Assembly (NCBI GenBank): GCA_007119075.1
Contig: SKQJ01000114.1
Coordinates: forward strand, 1-33,990
Source of the DNA: Bacteroidales bacterium
Lineage (GTDB): Bacteria; Bacteroidota; Bacteroidia; Bacteroidales; PUMT01
Direction of reading: 5' to 3'
Length of the DNA: 33,990 nucleotides
In this document: positions 9,192-18,908 of the stretch, piece by piece
How positions within the stretch are numbered: position 1 is the first letter of the stretch
Layout of the letters: every line of letters begins with the position of its first letter
Translations under genes and position numbers: made by a program
Notes under the pieces: model-generated
The model's input: only the letters and a program-made list of their open reading frames with translations
What the model was told of the DNA's origin: nothing
The model's database searches: none

Positions 9192-9330
9192 AAATGAAAA
9201 TTGTTATTTGTATTTTAAAACCGAGTAAAAATTGCAAACAAATTCCAGACCATAATTATCAGAACGACAATTTGGCATGTTAATTATCAATCAGCCGGGA
9301 TTTGCAGGCATATCTGCAAAAAGGCTGCCA

Positions 9331-9903
9331 TTAATGTTCCAGGTATTGGTATAAGGCTTCCATCAACAGGTCGCCGCTAAGGTTCCTGCCTATTATTACC
9401 CCGTCTCCGTCAATAAGATAGCTGGCAGGGATTCCCCTTACCTGGTACATGGCGGCGGGTACCGAGTTCCATCCCCTGAGATCGCTTACATGAGCATCCC
9501 ATTCAAGCCTGTCTTCCTTTATTCCGCGTACCCAGGCTTCACGGGTGTTGTCGAGGGAGACGGAATAAATGGCAAAGCCGCTGCCATTGACAAATTGCCT
9601 GTCCCTGAACTGATGCCATGCAGCAACTTTTGATGGATTGCCTCTTCTGCAGGGACCGCACCAGGAAGCCCAGAAATCTATCAGGACCATGCTTCCCCTC
9701 AGGGATGATAAGGCAATGGTCTCGCCGTCGGGCGATTCAAGCTCGAGCTCGGGTGCTGTATCTCCCGGTTCCAGACCGGTTTTGTTGGTCGGCTCCACCG
9801 TATCGGCAATTATTGGTTCCATCCTGCCCCGGTTTTCCGAAACATACCAGACTCCCAGAGCCGTGAGCAGCACAACAATTGCCAGGATTCTTATTGATCG
9901 CAT
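9331..9903 (-). CDS. TlpA/ResA-like thiol-disulfide oxidoreductase (thioredoxin fold), membrane anchored.
   Basis: WASWCGPC active site. The start was moved to the internal Met (MRSIRILAIVVLL...), which begins a signal-anchor segment. The ORF track extends to 9945. Confidence 0.8.
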   Translation of the reverse strand: MRSIRILAIVVLLTALGVWYVSENRGRMEPIIADTVEPTNKTGLEPGDTAPELELESPDGETIALSSLRGSMVLIDFWASWCGPCRRGNPSKVAAWHQFRDRQFVNGSGFAIYSVSLDNTREAWVRGIKEDRLEWDAHVSDLRGWNSVPAAMYQVRGIPASYLIDGDGVIIGRNLSGDLLMEALYQYLEH

Positions 9904-9977
9904 TTTCACCTGTTTCCGGTTTAAAGTTAAGTGAATCACCACCAAAGACGGTGGATTTCAAAGCTGGATCAAGAACC

Positions 9978-11285
9978 TTAAGGCAGTCTCTTTATCCGGG
10001 CACCGAGGGGGTTGAGGCGCTCATCAATCCTTTCATAGCCCCTGTCAATCTGTTCGATGTTGTTGATTATGCTGGTTCCTTCGGCCGACATGGCCGCGAT
10101 AAGCAGGGCTACGCCTGCCCGGATGTCGGGAGAAACCATATTGGTGCCCCTGAGCCTGAACTGTTTGTTCAGCCCGATTACCGTCGCTCTGTGAGGATCG
10201 CAGAGTATTATCTGCGCACCCATGTCCATCAGCTTGTCGACAAAGAACAATCTGCTTTCAAACATTTTCTGATGGATCAGAACACTTCCCTTGGACTGTG
10301 TTGCCACAACAAGGAAAACGCTGAGCAAATCGGGAGTAAGCCCCGGCCATATGGCATCGGCAATGGTCATAATTGACCCGTCGATGTAAGTTTCAATTTC
10401 ATATGATGGCTGGGAGGGCACATAAATATCGTCATCGCGGCGCTCGAGTCTGATTCCCAGTCGCCTGAAAGCATCGGGAATTATTCCCAGGTTATCGTAT
10501 GATACGTTCTTTATTGTTATTTCAGATCCGGTCATTGCCGCCATGCCGATAAAACTGCCGATCTCAATCATGTCAGGCAGGATCCGGTGAACAGTGCCCC
10601 CGAGCCGGTCGACCCCCTCGATGGTCAGCAGGTTGGATCCGACCCCGGTGATCGCAGCACCCATCCTGTTGAGCATCTTGCAAAGCTGCTGAAGATACGG
10701 TTCACAGGCGGCGTTGTAAATGGTGGTGGTTCCCTTTGCAAGCACGGCGGCCATGACAATATTTGCGGTTCCGGTAACAGATGCTTCATCAAGAAGCATA
10801 TATGTCCCCCGAAGATCTTTGGCCTGTACCTGGTAGAAATCCTCCTTCTGGTTATATTCAAATCTGGCTCCCAGCTTCATGAAGCCGAAAAAATGAGTGT
10901 CAAGCCGGCGGCGCCCTATCTTGTCGCCTCCCGGCTTGGGCATGTATGCCTTTCCGAATCTTGCCAGCAGCGGCCCGATGATCATCACCGATCCCCTTAA
11001 CCCGGCCGCCCTTGTCCGGAAATCCTCTGTGAGGAGATATTCGGGATCCACCCGGTCGGCGGTAAATTCATATTCTCCGGGCCCGTTCCTGGTTACTGAA
11101 ACACCGAGATGCTTCAGCAGCTCAATCAGCCTTATCACGTCAAGAATTTCGGGAATATTGCTTACGGTGACTTTTTCGGGCGTGAGAAGGCATGCAGAGA
11201 TGATCTGCAGCGCCTCGTTTTTCGCACCCTGGGCAGTCACTTCCCCTTTAAGGGAGTATCCTCCCTGGATCTCGAATGAAGCCAT
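9978..11285 (-). CDS. murA: UDP-N-acetylglucosamine 1-carboxyvinyltransferase.
   Basis: Full-length EPSP-synthase-fold MurA-like sequence (GAKNEALQ, GGDKIGRRRLDTH), 435 aa. Confidence 0.95.
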   Translation of the reverse strand: MASFEIQGGYSLKGEVTAQGAKNEALQIISACLLTPEKVTVSNIPEILDVIRLIELLKHLGVSVTRNGPGEYEFTADRVDPEYLLTEDFRTRAAGLRGSVMIIGPLLARFGKAYMPKPGGDKIGRRRLDTHFFGFMKLGARFEYNQKEDFYQVQAKDLRGTYMLLDEASVTGTANIVMAAVLAKGTTTIYNAACEPYLQQLCKMLNRMGAAITGVGSNLLTIEGVDRLGGTVHRILPDMIEIGSFIGMAAMTGSEITIKNVSYDNLGIIPDAFRRLGIRLERRDDDIYVPSQPSYEIETYIDGSIMTIADAIWPGLTPDLLSVFLVVATQSKGSVLIHQKMFESRLFFVDKLMDMGAQIILCDPHRATVIGLNKQFRLRGTNMVSPDIRAGVALLIAAMSAEGTSIINNIEQIDRGYERIDERLNPLGARIKRLP

Positions 11286-11333
11286 AGCTAATCATATTTG
11301 GTTGGAATCAATTGTGCCCGCTGATATGACCGG

Positions 11334-11975
11334 TCAGTTCCCGCTCTTAGGCTGGTGCTTCGGAACGAACTTTTTCTGAACTTTTTTCTTCTTGGTCCGG
11401 GCGAGTATTTCCTTTGATTCGGAAAGCCTCATTTCGGATCCCTTGTCGATCTTGCCGCCTGAAAGCTCCCTGAGATCATTGTATATGATGTCGTCGGTTA
11501 CCTGGTTCCTGTTCCATGTCAGATAGCTTTTTTTCATATGGTTGGCTATCATCTGAACAAGCGCATCTCTTTTTTCGCCTTCTTCCATTTCCGTTGCAGC
11601 CTTGATCATTTGCTCCAGTATCTTCCCGTAATGCTTGTAGCGAATAGGGTAGTCATTGTAGGGAACAGTCTTTGGTTTTTCTGTCAGTATTGATTTGGCC
11701 GGGGGTTCGTAGGGAAAGTCGATATCGAGGCTGAAGTCGGAAATAATGGCAAGATGATCCCACAGTTTGTGCTTGAAATCATTTATATCCCTGAGGTGGG
11801 GATTCATGTTGCCCATAATGGATATTATTGTCCTGGCAGCCTTGTTGCGTTCTTCCCTGTCCTCCAGGGTGGAAATGTGCCGGACCATTTTATGTATGTT
11901 GCGGCCGTACTCGGGAATAGCCATTTTATCCCTGCTGGTGTTATACTCTTCTATCATCGGATTTTTTTCTTGCAT
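11334..11975 (-). CDS. DUF4290 domain protein.
   Basis: Sequence pattern EYGRNIHKMV...EDREERNKAARTIISIMGNMNPHLRD, and the conserved position directly upstream of murA in Bacteroidota. Confidence 0.75.
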   Translation of the reverse strand: MQEKNPMIEEYNTSRDKMAIPEYGRNIHKMVRHISTLEDREERNKAARTIISIMGNMNPHLRDINDFKHKLWDHLAIISDFSLDIDFPYEPPAKSILTEKPKTVPYNDYPIRYKHYGKILEQMIKAATEMEEGEKRDALVQMIANHMKKSYLTWNRNQVTDDIIYNDLRELSGGKIDKGSEMRLSESKEILARTKKKKVQKKFVPKHQPKSGN

Positions 11976-12020
11976 TGCCGGGGTGGATTATTAAAATGTA
12001 AAATTATAAAATAAACATGG

Positions 12021-12040
12021 AAAAAACGGCTTTTCAGCCG
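12021..12040 (-). terminator. Candidate intrinsic terminator after the helicase gene.
   Basis: The minus strand reads CGGCT-GAAA-AGCCG followed by TTTTTT. The stem is short at 5 bp. Confidence 0.4.
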
Positions 12041-12159
12041 GTTAATTGCATCGGCTGACTGACTGGCTTCCTTTATTGCTGTTTTTGATGCATCATAAAA
12101 TGAGCATATTTGATGGCTACAGTAGGCCGGAAGAGCCCCTGACCAGGCCGGATATCCTT

Positions 12160-14511
12160 TTAAGAAGGCAAGATTTTAAGCTTTGCAAATTTTAACAGCA
12201 GCTGTTTCTTGCCGGCAGCCGTGAATTCTACCGTTGCCCTGGCATTGGGCGGCTCGCCTTCAAGTGTCAGCACCACCCCCCTGCCGAACCGGTCATGCTG
12301 GACATTCATGCCCGCCTGCAGAGCTGAAAGATCGTCGCTCTGGGTTTCGCTGGTATTCCGTGCCCTGTCCATCCTTACCAGCCGGCCGCCGTGCGTCTGG
12401 CTGCGCGGCGGGGGAGAAGCTTCCGCGGGTTTGGTGGCGCTGCCGGACCTGTAGCGGTCACCGGAGCCACCCTGTCTGCCATGACCCGGTGAATCGATGA
12501 TTGCCGGTCTTTTTTGCCGCTGCATGCCGTTGCTGGTTTCTGCCACCGGGTGCTCCAGGAACCGGGGATCTATCTCCGAAAGGAACCTGCTGGGGCTGCA
12601 CATGGCCGGAACCCCCCACCGGTAACGGGTTACGGCATGAGAGAGGGTCACGGTCGATCCGGCACGCGTAATTGCGACATAAAACAGCCTTCGCTCCTCT
12701 TCCAGTTCGGCCGGACTGGCTGCGGCAAAGCGGTTGGGAAAAAGCTCCTCTTCCAGTCCGCCGACATAAACATGATCAAATTCCAGTCCCTTGGCAGAAT
12801 GGATGGTCATCAGGGAAACCTTGTTCCGGTCGTCCGGTTTTTCCGTATCAGTATCGGTAAGAAGCGAAACATTATGCAAAAATGTGTTGAGCGAGGCATC
12901 CTCTCCCATTTCTGTCTGTCGGGAAGTGAATTCCTTCACGGCATTCAGCAATTCCTGGATGTTCTCATATTTGGCGATATTCTCGGCAGATTTCGGATCG
13001 AAAAGGTCTTTGAGGATGCCCGAAGCCGAAGCGATATGCATTGCCGTTTGCCATGCATCACCGCCGGGCGCCTTCAGTGAAAAATCATTGATCAGATCAG
13101 CAAAACCTTTAAGCCTGGAAGCAGTACCGGCATTAATATTCAGGACGGGCCGGTATTTTTCGGTATCGGCTACTATTTCCCAGGGATGCAGTCCCGCTTC
13201 ATTTGAAAGGGAAACAATCTTGTCCACGGTAGCCTTGCCTATGCCCCGTGCAGGGTAATTGATGATCCTGTTAAAAGCCTCCCTGTCGCGATTGTTGATC
13301 GCAAGCCGGAAATAGGCAAGCAGATCCTTGATTTCCTTGCGCTGGTAAAAGGAAAGACTTCCATAAACCCTGTATGGTATCCCCTGCCGGCGAAGGGCTT
13401 CTTCAAAGATCCGGGACTGGGCATTTGTCCTGTAAAGAATGGCAAACCCGGAATAATCGCAGCGTCGCGCCTCCTTTTTTTCAGCTATCGATTTTGCAAC
13501 TGAAGCTCCTTCTTCAAGGTCCGTGGGGCATTCCATCACGATTATCTTTTCACCGGTTTCCCTGGCAGACCAGATCTTCTTGGGGATCTGATCCTTATTC
13601 CGGGCAATCAGGCTGTTGGCTGCGTTTACTATGATTTTGGTTGAACGGTAGTTTTGTTCCAGCTTGAATATCCTGTGCTCAGGGTAATCTTTCCTGAAAT
13701 TCAGGATATTTTCAATTCTGGCGCCCCTGAAGGCATAGATGCTCTGGGCATCATCTCCCACCACGCTAAGATTCTTGTGTTTAGCGGCAAGCTTGGATAC
13801 GATAAGGTACTGGGCATAGTTTGTGTCCTGGTATTCGTCCACCAGTATATAGCGGAAGGCATCCTGATATTTCGACAGAACTTCCGGGTGATCCCTGAAA
13901 AGTATGTTCGTGTTGAGCAGCAGGTCGTCAAAATCCATCGCATCGGCGAGCTGACAGCGTTTCTGGTATATTTTGAAGATGTCGGCTATACGGGGCTTCC
14001 GGGTTTTCGTGTCCTCCTCGATTATTGCCTGGTTTGAAGCGTAGGCGCCGGCGGTCACCAGGTTGTTTTTTGCCGAGGATATCCTTGCAAAAACCCCGGC
14101 CGGCTTATAGAGCTGTTCATCCAGCATCAGCTCCTTCACTATTCCCTTGATGACATTCCTGGAATCGGCGGTATCATAGATAGTGAAGTTTGACGAATAA
14201 CCGGTGTGAGGCGCTTCATGCCGGAGTATCCGGGCAAAAACCGAATGGAAAGTGCCCATCCAGAGATGCTTTGCCGCCTGGTATCCTACCAGGCAGGCTA
14301 TCCTTTCCTTCATTTCGACAGCCGCCTTGTTGGTGAAGGTCAGCGCCAGTATTGCGGGAGCCGGAATTCCCTGTTCCAGGAGCCAGGCTATGCGGTAGGT
14401 CAGGACCCTGGTCTTTCCGGATCCGGCTCCCGCAATAATCAGTCCCGGTCCCCCGGATTGCCGCACTGCCTCCTGCTGGGCCTCATTGAGGTCATTTATA
14501 AAGTCTCCCAT
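12160..14511 (-). CDS. UvrD/PcrA/Rep-family ATP-dependent DNA helicase.
   Basis: Walker A AGAGSGKT, DEYQDTN motif II, QNYRS, and a C-terminal Tudor-like tail. Length is 783 aa. Confidence 0.93.
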   Translation of the reverse strand: MGDFINDLNEAQQEAVRQSGGPGLIIAGAGSGKTRVLTYRIAWLLEQGIPAPAILALTFTNKAAVEMKERIACLVGYQAAKHLWMGTFHSVFARILRHEAPHTGYSSNFTIYDTADSRNVIKGIVKELMLDEQLYKPAGVFARISSAKNNLVTAGAYASNQAIIEEDTKTRKPRIADIFKIYQKRCQLADAMDFDDLLLNTNILFRDHPEVLSKYQDAFRYILVDEYQDTNYAQYLIVSKLAAKHKNLSVVGDDAQSIYAFRGARIENILNFRKDYPEHRIFKLEQNYRSTKIIVNAANSLIARNKDQIPKKIWSARETGEKIIVMECPTDLEEGASVAKSIAEKKEARRCDYSGFAILYRTNAQSRIFEEALRRQGIPYRVYGSLSFYQRKEIKDLLAYFRLAINNRDREAFNRIINYPARGIGKATVDKIVSLSNEAGLHPWEIVADTEKYRPVLNINAGTASRLKGFADLINDFSLKAPGGDAWQTAMHIASASGILKDLFDPKSAENIAKYENIQELLNAVKEFTSRQTEMGEDASLNTFLHNVSLLTDTDTEKPDDRNKVSLMTIHSAKGLEFDHVYVGGLEEELFPNRFAAASPAELEEERRLFYVAITRAGSTVTLSHAVTRYRWGVPAMCSPSRFLSEIDPRFLEHPVAETSNGMQRQKRPAIIDSPGHGRQGGSGDRYRSGSATKPAEASPPPRSQTHGGRLVRMDRARNTSETQSDDLSALQAGMNVQHDRFGRGVVLTLEGEPPNARATVEFTAAGKKQLLLKFAKLKILPS

Positions 14512-14545
14512 TTCAATTTCTGTTTAAGCTGCCGATGACACCGCG

Positions 14546-14577
14546 CAAAATTACCCTCTTGCTTTCTTTTATCCAAA
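14546..14577 (-). promoter_or_regulatory. Candidate Bacteroidota promoter for the helicase: TTTG (-33) - N20 - TAATTTTG (-7).
   Basis: Both consensus boxes are exact, with canonical spacing, 34 nt upstream of the ATG. Confidence 0.5.
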
Positions 14578-14735
14578 CCTCCGATCCTGCTAATTATCAA
14601 CATGCGGTTGTTTCAAAAAGAATTGATATTTTTATCCTTTTCGCGCAATTTATTCACGGGTATGTTTGTTTATATCTGAACGGGCACAATCCATTGCTGT
14701 TGTTGCTGCAAACAAGTTTAATTTTTGAATTTTAA

Positions 14736-15944
14736 ATGCTTCCACGGTTTTTTTTCCTGATCCTTTGTTGCATTCCGGCCTCCATGCTGTCTCTGAGCGG
14801 ACAGATATCCGCTTCCGGAAATGTTTCGGTTGCCCCCACGGGGTACGAAGACAGCGACGGCATCCACGACAATATCTTTATATTTTCACAGCATCAGGGT
14901 GAAATCACAGCCACTCTTCAAGGGGTCGCGGGCAGCTTTGATTTCCAGTGGTCCCGGTATGATCACCTGATCCCGGGATTTGGCGAAATTTTTCAAGCAG
15001 ACCAGGGGAGCGTTTCCCGGGTCGCCGCTCCCCGGAGCGGCGGATACCAGGTGAGGGTCACCGGCGCAGGTGGCATCGACACCCTTCTGAGGGCATGGGT
15101 ATTTGTCAATACGAAAGAGCCCTCTCCCAGTTTCCGGGTTGCCCGTTATGACTGCCAGGTTCTGGATCTGGCCGGCACGGCCGGTATAGACACATTCTTT
15201 TATTACAATCCGTATGATCATGAGAGAAACGCATTGCAGCCCGTGATCCGGTGGACGGCCGACCCGTCGCTGCAGATGCCCTCCAGACGCCTTGATCCAA
15301 GGATATGGAGCCCCCCGCCCGTTGCCACCGAATATACCCTGACCGTCGATTATTACTCGGGGCAGGCCTCTTATTCCATGACCCTCGATCCTTTGACGAC
15401 AAAGGCGGAATTTGAGATCGAGCCTGCAGAGGGCGAAGCCCCGCTAGAGGTGACCTTTAACTCCGGAAAATCGCTCAATGCACTGGAATATCAATGGACG
15501 TTCGATTACCGGACCAACGATCCGGAAGTGCCGGTGCCGGATGACCTTACTTCCGACCCGACCTACACTTATTACATCCCCGGCGAATACCAGATCTCGC
15601 TCCGCACCATAAACGGTCTGTGTGAAGATCTGTATATAGGAACGGTTCCGGTAAGCGTATATCCCTCTGAACTGGAAGTGGCCAATGTATTTTCGCCCGA
15701 CGGCGACGGATACAATGATGTCTATATGGTTCACGGAGTCTCGTTGCGGGAGTTCCACGCTGTAATCTTCAACCGCAACGGCATGAAGGTTTATGAATGG
15801 ACCGATCCCAAAGAGGGATGGGACGGCCTGAAAGGAGGAAAAACCGCTTCTCCCGGAGTATATTTCTACACAATTACCGGTGTTGGCTGGGACGACAAGG
15901 AATACAAGTTCTCGGGCCCCCTCAGTCTCTACCGGAACAGATAG
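14736..15944 (+). CDS. Secreted PKD-domain protein with a T9SS type-B (gliding-motility-associated, CHU_C-like) C-terminal sorting domain.
   Basis: N-terminal signal peptide, PKD-like APLEVTFNSGKS...YQWTFD, and a C-terminal VANVFSPDGDGYNDVY...GVYFYTI motif. Confidence 0.85.
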   Translation: MLPRFFFLILCCIPASMLSLSGQISASGNVSVAPTGYEDSDGIHDNIFIFSQHQGEITATLQGVAGSFDFQWSRYDHLIPGFGEIFQADQGSVSRVAAPRSGGYQVRVTGAGGIDTLLRAWVFVNTKEPSPSFRVARYDCQVLDLAGTAGIDTFFYYNPYDHERNALQPVIRWTADPSLQMPSRRLDPRIWSPPPVATEYTLTVDYYSGQASYSMTLDPLTTKAEFEIEPAEGEAPLEVTFNSGKSLNALEYQWTFDYRTNDPEVPVPDDLTSDPTYTYYIPGEYQISLRTINGLCEDLYIGTVPVSVYPSELEVANVFSPDGDGYNDVYMVHGVSLREFHAVIFNRNGMKVYEWTDPKEGWDGLKGGKTASPGVYFYTITGVGWDDKEYKFSGPLSLYRNR

Positions 15945-16061
15945 CCCCTGTCGGGAGCCTTGAGCAGTTGCTTATGCCAGGCTGCCGGCATCCTGTTCAC
16001 CGGGCCCCGCCATAAAAATCACTTCCTCTCCTTTACTGAATCATCGTAATTTGGTATATTT

Positions 16062-17195
16062 ATGGCTTACAACATACCAAATTATGCGGTCATGGCTGAA
16101 TATATGCAGAATATTTTTAACGGCGAATATCTTTTTTCCGTTTACCTGTTAAGCTCCCTTCTTGTCTTTGCCTTTCTGTCGGTGCTTGTTCTGATCCTCA
16201 ACAAGGCCGCAAAGTCATGGGTGAACGAGGATACTTATGAGCTGATTGTCAGGCTGAGAAAAAAAATAAGGATTCCGGTGATATTGCTTCTGATTTTCCT
16301 TTCATTTTCAATACCCGCCTCTTTTTTTGACGATGAAATAAGGCCCCTTGAGCCTTTAGGCGCGGTGATGTCGGCCATGGTGATAATCTTTGTAAGCTGG
16401 ATACTGATACAGGCGGTATACCTGATCAAGCATTTTGTACTGGGCCGGTTCGACATGGATGATGCCGACAACCTGAGGGCCAGGAAAATATATACCCAGT
16501 TCCGGGTCCTGGAGAATATCATTTTATTTCTTATAGTAGTTATCGCCCTGTCTCTTATTTTGATGTCATTTGAAGGCATAAGAAGGATTGGGGTAAGCCT
16601 TATTGCATCGGCGGGAGTTGCCGGAATAATAATCGGCTTTGCCGCCCAGAAGGCCATCGGCACCATCCTTGCCGGCATACAGATAGCCCTGAGCCAGCCG
16701 ATACGGCTCGATGATGTTGTAATAGTCGAGAACGAATGGGGCAGGATAGAGGAGATCAACCTGACCTACATCGTGGTGGCAATCTGGGATCAAAGGCGGC
16801 TGGTGATCCCGACCACCTATTTTATTGAGACCCCGTTCCAGAACTGGACCCGCAACACCTCTGAAATACTTGGCACGGTTTTCCTCTATGCCGATTATAC
16901 CCTGCCGGTTGATGCGGTAAGGGGGGAGCTCGACAGGCTGCTTGAGGGAAACCCGCTGTGGGACGGCAAGGTGAAGGTCATACAGGTCACCGATGCCACT
17001 GAAAGAACTGTCGAGATACGTGTGCTGGTAAGCGCAGTCGATTCGGGAACTGCCTGGGATCTCAGGGTGCAGCTGCGCGAAAAGCTGCTTTATTTCCTTC
17101 AGCAAAACTATCCCCAATGCCTTCCAAAAGCCCGGCTGGAGATCGCAGGCGACAAAAAAAATGACCCGGGAATCGGACAGGGCCTTTCGGATTGA
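16062..17195 (+). CDS. Mechanosensitive ion channel family protein (MscS-like).
   Basis: N-terminal TM helices, then the pore-helix/beta-domain pattern AAQKAIGTILAGIQIALSQPIRLDDVV. Length is 377 aa. Confidence 0.85.
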   Translation: MAYNIPNYAVMAEYMQNIFNGEYLFSVYLLSSLLVFAFLSVLVLILNKAAKSWVNEDTYELIVRLRKKIRIPVILLLIFLSFSIPASFFDDEIRPLEPLGAVMSAMVIIFVSWILIQAVYLIKHFVLGRFDMDDADNLRARKIYTQFRVLENIILFLIVVIALSLILMSFEGIRRIGVSLIASAGVAGIIIGFAAQKAIGTILAGIQIALSQPIRLDDVVIVENEWGRIEEINLTYIVVAIWDQRRLVIPTTYFIETPFQNWTRNTSEILGTVFLYADYTLPVDAVRGELDRLLEGNPLWDGKVKVIQVTDATERTVEIRVLVSAVDSGTAWDLRVQLREKLLYFLQQNYPQCLPKARLEIAGDKKNDPGIGQGLSD

Positions 17196-17204
17196 TCTTT
17201 CTGC

Positions 17205-17263
17205 TCTCCGATCGGTTTTCGATTGCCCATGCAATGTTCTTTTCTCCGATCGGTTTTCGATTG
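17205..17263 (+). repeat. A 21-bp direct repeat, TCTCCGATCGGTTTTCGATTG, present twice (17205-17225 and 17243-17263). It flanks a small hairpin, ATTGC-CCAT-GCAAT.
   Basis: Exact duplication seen in the sequence. Each copy contains the palindrome CCGATCGG. Confidence 0.8.
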
Positions 17264-17277
17264 ATGGGAAATTCATT

Positions 17278-17285
17278 TATTTTTG
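17278..17285 (+). promoter_or_regulatory. Candidate -7 box TATTTTTG for the GH13 gene.
   Basis: Exact TAnnTTTG match, 34 nt upstream of the ATG at 17320. The -33 region falls inside the second 21-bp repeat copy. Confidence 0.45.
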
Positions 17286-17319
17286 CGACCGGAAAAATCA
17301 CAAATAATCTCTCAGCAAC

Positions 17320-18900
17320 ATGCAGATAAATTCTAAAAAGCCAGGATTTGTTTTAAAGATCATTGTCCTGACACTTCTTGCCAGTGGCATTTTTTCCTGC
17401 GCCGGGCCCGCCCCTGAAAAGGCAAGCCAGTGGCCGCACGCAGTTAACTACGAGATATTCGTGAGATCATTCTGCGATTCCAGCGGCGACGGGATAGGTG
17501 ATATCAGGGGAATGACCTCCAGGCTCGATTACCTCGCTGATCTGGGGATAGAGGGTATATGGCTGATGCCTGTCCATCCTTCCTCGTCCTACCACAAATA
17601 CAATGTCGAAGATTATTACGAAATCCACCCCGATTACGGAACTCTGGATGATTTCAGGGAATTCGTCGAAGAGGCACATAAAAGGGGCATAAGGGTAGTC
17701 ATCGACATGGTTATCAACCATTCCGGCAGCGGGCATCAATGGTTCAGGGATGTCATTGAGAACGGAAAGGAAAGCCCCTACCATGATTATTACATCTGGG
17801 CGCACGGCGACACCCTGCCACGCCACATTGAGCGAATGGCAGAGGGATATCCAGATTACGGAAGAAGGAACCGCTGGAATAACCTGAGAGGCACCGAATA
17901 CTGGTATTACAGCTATTTCGGCCGCTCAATGCCGCAGCTTAATTATGATAATCCCGCAGTCAGGCAGGAAGTATTCGAAATTGGCCGTTTCTGGCTTGAG
18001 GAGATCGGGGTAGATGGTTTCAGGCTTGATGCTGCCCGCCACATTTACCCTGAAAACAGGGTTGAAGATATTCACCGGTTCTGGGAAGAATACCGGGAGG
18101 AGATGCTCTCGGTCAGGGGAGATGTCTACCTGCTTGGCGAGGTCTGGGCTTCTGCCCCGGAGGTTGCCCCTTTTTTGAACGGTTTGCCGGCCCTTTTCAA
18201 CTTCGACCTTTCCGAAGCAATACAAAGGGCGGTGACAGAAGAAAAGGAAGGCGGGCTTGTTGAGGACCATTTAAGCACGCTGAACCATTACCTTGGCATC
18301 AATCCGGAATTCATCGACGCCACTTTCATAACAAATCATGACCAGAACAGGATCATGAGCGTGGTCGGCGGCGACCACAACAGGGCCCGGATGGCGGCAG
18401 CCCTTCTTTTTACCCTGCCAGGCTCTCCTTATGTTTATTACGGGGAGGAGACAGGAATGCTTGGAACCAAACCCGATCCCAATATCAGGGAAGGGTTCCT
18501 CTGGGATGTTGACAGCCTTGACGGATGCAGGCCGACCTGGAAGGTGCCGGTATATAATACCGACAATACGGTTACGCCGCTAGCGCTGCAAATGAAGGAT
18601 GAGAGTTCGCTGTTCAGTTTTTACCGTGAGCTGATCCGGCTCAGAAACTACAGTCATGGACTTGCCCGGGGCGACTTACAGGCAACAGGATACGATGCCG
18701 ATGGCCTGGTTGCCTTCACAAGAGACCATAATAATGAATCGCTGCTGGTGCTGCACAATATTTCCGGATCGCCTGTGAGCCTGGATCTTGCTGCCGGCCA
18801 TGCCGCATTCGGGAAAGTAAAGTTTGCCAGCAACGGCTCCGGCAGGAACGGGCAAAGCGTTAAACTGTATCCATACAGCACAGTCATTCTTTCAAAATAA
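17320..18900 (+). CDS. GH13 alpha-amylase family glycoside hydrolase, probable lipoprotein.
   Basis: GH13 conserved regions DMVINHSG, GFRLDAARH, GEVW and FITNHDQNR. The signal peptide ends in ...GIFSC. Confidence 0.9.
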   Translation: MQINSKKPGFVLKIIVLTLLASGIFSCAGPAPEKASQWPHAVNYEIFVRSFCDSSGDGIGDIRGMTSRLDYLADLGIEGIWLMPVHPSSSYHKYNVEDYYEIHPDYGTLDDFREFVEEAHKRGIRVVIDMVINHSGSGHQWFRDVIENGKESPYHDYYIWAHGDTLPRHIERMAEGYPDYGRRNRWNNLRGTEYWYYSYFGRSMPQLNYDNPAVRQEVFEIGRFWLEEIGVDGFRLDAARHIYPENRVEDIHRFWEEYREEMLSVRGDVYLLGEVWASAPEVAPFLNGLPALFNFDLSEAIQRAVTEEKEGGLVEDHLSTLNHYLGINPEFIDATFITNHDQNRIMSVVGGDHNRARMAAALLFTLPGSPYVYYGEETGMLGTKPDPNIREGFLWDVDSLDGCRPTWKVPVYNTDNTVTPLALQMKDESSLFSFYRELIRLRNYSHGLARGDLQATGYDADGLVAFTRDHNNESLLVLHNISGSPVSLDLAAGHAAFGKVKFASNGSGRNGQSVKLYPYSTVILSK

Positions 18901-18908
18901 TATGTGTC

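Noticed and set aside
9231-9249. TGGAATTTGTTTGCAAT on the minus strand upstream of grpE resembles an RpoN -24/-12 promoter. CCCGGTCTATAATATTGCT upstream of the lyase (2526-2544) is a similar case.
   Set aside because: The spacing is GG-N9-GC in the first and GG-N11-GC in the second. Sigma-54 promoters require N10.
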